Part shown: positions 60,058-64,000 of the stretch, one piece after another
Numbering within the stretch: the first letter of the stretch is position 1
How the letters are laid out: each line of letters opens with the position of its first letter
Assembly: GCA_029855935.1 (NCBI GenBank)
Contig: JAGSHN010000025.1
Location: 96,001 to 160,000, forward strand
Length of the DNA: 64,000 nucleotides
From: Candidatus Thorarchaeota archaeon
GTDB lineage: Archaea > Asgardarchaeota > Thorarchaeia > Thorarchaeales > Thorarchaeaceae
Reading direction: 5' to 3'
The notes under the pieces: generated by a model
The model's input: the letters and a program-made list of their open reading frames with translations, nothing else
The model's database searches: none
What the model was told of the DNA's origin: nothing
Made by a program: the position numbers and the translations under genes

Positions 60058-61512
60058 GTGACAGGTATGAGCATCGTCGTTGGTCGCGGTGATGAGGCTG
60101 TCGTAGAGGATACTGCCAGATACGTGGCCCGGAGGCTCACCCGACGCGGCACACCAGAGATCTCGTTCTACACGAGGGAGGGGCTACAGGTGGCTGTCGT
60201 CATTCACCGACACGAACGCCGTGGCTATCTCTCGCCGCTACTCGGCCCATGGGTCTTCGACGACAGCGACGACCGCCTCTCGGTCACGATGCGCTGGCCT
60301 CTGCCTGATGAGGATGCAACAAGGACCAACCTGTGTCACCAGATTGAGAATGGTCGACTCACGAGCGCTCGTGGGAACCTGTTCATGTGGCGCGTCCACT
60401 ATGGTCTGACCAGTGACGTTGTCGTCGTGACCCACGACCCCTTTGCACTGGAGAACGTAACCGACGACGTGCACCGGCTTGAACCGGGGGAACGACTCGT
60501 ACTCGATGACGGAATAATCGGTGTACAGGAAGTACAGCCGCTCCAGAAACCAGCCCATCCGAGATTCGACTCCGAGCAGAATGCTGTGGCGCTCCTCGCC
60601 GCAGTGCTCCCGAGATGCCTCTCGCCGTTCTACGGAGTCGACGTGGGTGTCCTCTTCTCTGGCGGCGTTGACAGTAGCCTGATTGCACTGCTCCGTTCCC
60701 ACTCGAACGCCCGCACAATCCTCTTCGCTGTCATCGGTCCCGATTCGCGAGATGTGGATGCGTCGCAGCGCGCAGCTGAGAAACTCAATCTCAATCTTGT
60801 CACGGTCCCAATCGATCATCACATCGTCTGGGAGATGTTGCCGGAGCTGATCTACGCAACAGGCACCACCAGCCAGATGGACATCGCGATATCGATTCCA
60901 ATGTACGCAGCTGCAAGAGAGGCCGTGAAACGCGGATTTGTCACGCTGCTGTCAGGACAGGGGCCGGATGAGCTGTTTGGAGGCTATGCCCATCACGTCA
61001 AGATTCTCAGGGAGAGAGGGCCCGAGGCACTCGACGAGACGCTCTGGTCGCAGGTCTCCACGACCCACAGAAACAACCTTGAGAGAGACGAAGCTGTCGT
61101 CGCGTGGGCTGGGGGCGAGTTGTGGTTTCCCTACGTCGCCCCAGAAGTCGTCGACCTCGCACTCTCAATCCCACCCTTGTGGAAAGTGGACCCGGGCGGC
61201 AAGCCCGAGAGGAAGGTCATCTTCCGCAGAGCGGCTGTGGCACTAGGCCTAGATAGAGAGATTGCAGAGGCGCCCAAGAGTGCCGCACAGTTCAGCTCGG
61301 GATCGGACAGGCTGCTCATTGAGGCCGTACGGCATCACTGCAGGAGTGGAGAGAATCTTAGTCTACGCCGGGCCCGAAGACATGTACAGGACGTGCTCGA
61401 CGACATAGCCAGATACTTGCACAGCGGTGGCGTGGAGGGCGGGGAACCGGGGTTTGATACATCTGCCGCCGACAGACTACTTGCAGAACTGGACAGAATG
61501 CGCGGAGCGTAG
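60058..61512 (+). CDS. Asparagine synthetase-like PP-loop ATPase
   Basis: LFSGGVDSSL, LSGQGPDELFGGY, NLERD, P...AQFSSG; N-terminal Cys absent. Confidence 0.85.
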   Translation: MTGMSIVVGRGDEAVVEDTARYVARRLTRRGTPEISFYTREGLQVAVVIHRHERRGYLSPLLGPWVFDDSDDRLSVTMRWPLPDEDATRTNLCHQIENGRLTSARGNLFMWRVHYGLTSDVVVVTHDPFALENVTDDVHRLEPGERLVLDDGIIGVQEVQPLQKPAHPRFDSEQNAVALLAAVLPRCLSPFYGVDVGVLFSGGVDSSLIALLRSHSNARTILFAVIGPDSRDVDASQRAAEKLNLNLVTVPIDHHIVWEMLPELIYATGTTSQMDIAISIPMYAAAREAVKRGFVTLLSGQGPDELFGGYAHHVKILRERGPEALDETLWSQVSTTHRNNLERDEAVVAWAGGELWFPYVAPEVVDLALSIPPLWKVDPGGKPERKVIFRRAAVALGLDREIAEAPKSAAQFSSGSDRLLIEAVRHHCRSGENLSLRRARRHVQDVLDDIARYLHSGGVEGGEPGFDTSAADRLLAELDRMRGA

Positions 61513-61751
61513 ACTTGCTAGACAGTTGCCGAATTGCGCTTCAACTCTACGCGGTGGACATGTAGCTAGAGATAAGTAGGATGGTAGTGCCTTGGAACTC
61601 GTCATTGAACGATGTTGGCCCACCCCTTTCGGTGAGAGCCGTTTGGGCCCCAGAGTCGGACGAAAACCTTTATGAACGCCTCCGGGGCCACAGGTGAGCC
61701 AAATGTCGTAAGACAGTTCGGCGTTTAACGAACACAAGGGGTTGAAATCTG

Positions 61752-62795
61752 ATGGTTGGAATCATCGGCTACGGAGTGTACATACCAAGATACCGCATCA
61801 AGACCGAGGACATCGCAGCGGTCTGGGGCGAGGATGGTCCAAAACTCGCCAAGGGTCTTGGTGTGTATGAGAAGTCAGTGCCGGGTCCCGATGAGGACGT
61901 CGCCACAATTGCGACCGAGGCGGCACGAAACGCTGTGAAATACGCACGGATCGACCCAAAGGACATCGGCGCGATATATGTCGGTTCCGAGTCCCATCCA
62001 TACGCCGTGAAGCCCACAGGAACGATAGTCCTTGAGGCTATCGATGGGAGCCACGAGAGCACATGTGCGGACTACGAGTTCGCCTGCAAGGCAGGCACGG
62101 CCGCGATACAGACGTGTATGGGCCTTGTCCAGTCCAAGATGATAAAGTATGGACTGGCAATTGGCGCTGACACCGCGCAGGGCAGACCTGGTGATGCACT
62201 GGAGTACTCGGCTGCAGCCGGAGGGGCGGCCTACATCATTGGAGAGGACAACCCCGTCGCAACCATTGAGACCACCGTGTCCTTTACCACGGACACGCCC
62301 GACTTCTGGCGCAGGGAGGGAGAGGACTTCCCATCGCACGGTGCACGCTTCACTGGAGAACCAGCCTACTTTAGGCACATCGGCTCTGCAGCACGACTGC
62401 TGCTGGAGAAGACGAACACGACCATTGAGGACTACGACTATTTTGTCTTTCACATGCCAAACGGCAAGTTCCCGGTCAATATGGGACGGCAGCTCGGCGT
62501 ACCGAAGGAGAAGTTGCAGGAAAGTCTTGTTGTGAGAAAGATTGGAAATACCTACTCCGGGTCGGCAATGATTGGGCTGGCCCGAATCCTTGACATCGCG
62601 GAGCCCGGCTCCAAGATATTCGCGGTGTCGTACGGCTCGGGCGCTGGTAGCGATGCCTTTGTGATTCGTGTTGAGAAGGAGATAGAGAAACACCGCGGAG
62701 AGGTGCCGACAGTGGACGACTACATCGAGAGGAAAAAGTACGTCGACTACGCCACCTACGCCAAGTACAGGCGTAAGATCAAGGCGCTTGCTTAG
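61752..62795 (+). CDS. mvaS: Archaeal hydroxymethylglutaryl-CoA synthase
   Basis: [47 protein letters not shown]. Confidence 0.95.
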   Translation: MVGIIGYGVYIPRYRIKTEDIAAVWGEDGPKLAKGLGVYEKSVPGPDEDVATIATEAARNAVKYARIDPKDIGAIYVGSESHPYAVKPTGTIVLEAIDGSHESTCADYEFACKAGTAAIQTCMGLVQSKMIKYGLAIGADTAQGRPGDALEYSAAAGGAAYIIGEDNPVATIETTVSFTTDTPDFWRREGEDFPSHGARFTGEPAYFRHIGSAARLLLEKTNTTIEDYDYFVFHMPNGKFPVNMGRQLGVPKEKLQESLVVRKIGNTYSGSAMIGLARILDIAEPGSKIFAVSYGSGAGSDAFVIRVEKEIEKHRGEVPTVDDYIERKKYVDYATYAKYRRKIKALA

Positions 62796-62810
62796 GGAGG
62801 GAAGAGACGA

Positions 62811-63971
62811 ATGGAGAGAGATGTTGCAATCATTGGCGTTGGAATGAGCAAGTTCGGAGAGCTCTGGGAGAAGAGCCTGAGAGACATCACACTCGAGGCA
62901 GGGATGTACGCCATATTCGACTCTGGCGTCAGCGGCAAGGACATAGATGGTATAGTGATTGGAAACATGAGCGCTGGCAGATTCACCGGACAGGAGCATC
63001 TCGGTGCAATGGCCGCGGATATGGGCGGTCTTGCTGGAGTACCTGCGTACAGCGTTGAGGCGGCCTGTGCCAGTGGCGGTGCTGCAGTGAGACAAGCGTA
63101 TATGGCAATCAAGTCTGGCGAACACGACCTGATGCTCGTTCTGGGCTGCGAGAAGATGAGTGATGTGACTCAGGGCGAGGCCATAAACACGGTATCTGTG
63201 GCCACGGACTGGGAGTGGGAGGGCATGTTCGGTGCGACGTTCCCCGCACTCTATGCATTTATGGCCCGCAGACACATGCACCAGTACGGCACAACAGAGG
63301 AGCAGATGAGCTTGGTGACAGTGAAGAATCACAAGAATGCCCAGTGGAACCCGTGGGCACAGTTTCAGAGGCCTGTACCACTGGAGATTGTGATGAAGTC
63401 GGGTCTCATAGCCGACCCCATAAGAGTACTCCACTCCTCTCCGGTGACGGACGGCGCCGCTGGACTTGTGATGTGCTCAGCAGACCTTGCCAAGAAGTTC
63501 ACGGACACGCCCATCTACATTCTGTCATCCGAGCAGGCGAGTGACACGCTCTCCCTCCACGACAGGAGGGATATAACGACGATGGACGCCGTAGTCAGGT
63601 CGACCAAGTCGGCCCTGAAGGAGTCCGGCCTTGAGATAAAGGACATCGATGTGTTCGAGCTTCACGACAGCTTCACGATTGGTGAGATCATCCTCACGGA
63701 GGACATCGGCCTCACCGAGAAGGGCAAGGGTGGGAAGCTCGTCGAAGAGGGTGTCACTGAGATAGACGGGAAGTATCCTGTCAACCCGTCCGGAGGGCTG
63801 AAGGCCAGAGGCCATCCCATTGGCGCCACGGGAGTGGCACAGATAGTGGAACTTGCCCTGCAGCTGCGGGGCGATGCTGAGAAGCGACAGGTGGATGGTG
63901 CGGAGAAGGGCCTCGCCGTGAACATCGGGGGCACTGGCGGGACCTCGATTGTCCACATTCTAGGGAGGTGA
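62811..63971 (+). CDS. Archaeal acetoacetyl-CoA thiolase
   Basis: EAACASGG, KNH.NA, DGAA, ELHD.F, NPSGGLKARGHPIGATG. Confidence 0.95.
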   Translation: MERDVAIIGVGMSKFGELWEKSLRDITLEAGMYAIFDSGVSGKDIDGIVIGNMSAGRFTGQEHLGAMAADMGGLAGVPAYSVEAACASGGAAVRQAYMAIKSGEHDLMLVLGCEKMSDVTQGEAINTVSVATDWEWEGMFGATFPALYAFMARRHMHQYGTTEEQMSLVTVKNHKNAQWNPWAQFQRPVPLEIVMKSGLIADPIRVLHSSPVTDGAAGLVMCSADLAKKFTDTPIYILSSEQASDTLSLHDRRDITTMDAVVRSTKSALKESGLEIKDIDVFELHDSFTIGEIILTEDIGLTEKGKGGKLVEEGVTEIDGKYPVNPSGGLKARGHPIGATGVAQIVELALQLRGDAEKRQVDGAEKGLAVNIGGTGGTSIVHILGR

Positions 63972-63972
63972 C

Positions 63973-64000
63973 ATGAGTGGCAGAGAAGCCAGTAGCACAG
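63973..64000 (+). CDS. Start of the next gene, by synteny probably the DUF35 scaffold of the thiolase/HMGCS complex
   Basis: ATG 1 nt after the thiolase stop with ggaggtga SD; identity inferred from gene order only. Confidence 0.5.

Noticed and set aside
61752-64000. HMG-CoA synthase-thiolase-(DUF35) cluster as novel
   Set aside because: Established archaeal mevalonate-pathway complex

Overview
Archaeal chromosomal segment, mostly GC-rich and gene-dense. It is most likely from an Asgard archaeon (Thorarchaeota-like). This is an inference from the thermosome, eS17, ATP-dependent ligase and HMG-CoA synthase/thiolase cluster, together with the LRR, Zn-ribbon and Thr-linker/TM-anchored surface proteins. 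Housekeeping genes: 3' end of trpS, uvrB-uvrA-uvrA-uvrC, metG, folE2/mptA, a 6-PTPS-family gene, lig, rps17e, OFOR alpha/beta-fumC-sdhA-sdhB, thermosome, trxB, an asnB-like gene, HMG-CoA synthase and thiolase. No rRNA, tRNA, CRISPR array or transposase was seen. The most notable observations are: (1) a ~215-nt nested-hairpin element with two box C/D-type kink-turn motif pairs directly upstream of metG; (2) two full-length, translationally coupled uvrA paralogs inside one uvrBC operon, possibly a heterodimer; (3) a glycyl-radical enzyme gene that stays in one frame but has three stops, each one T-to-C change away from Gln/Gln/Arg; (4) a diverged trpS-nitrilase duplication with reciprocal loss around a low-GC methyltransferase; (5) a secreted permuted NlpC/P60 protein with a C2-like domain; (6) an unlisted 50-aa ORF opposed by a four-hairpin candidate antisense RNA; (7) a Zn-finger plus TM-effector-like cassette; and (8) a decayed corrinoid methyltransferase locus. 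All family assignments come from motif recognition by eye; no searches or folding programs were run.
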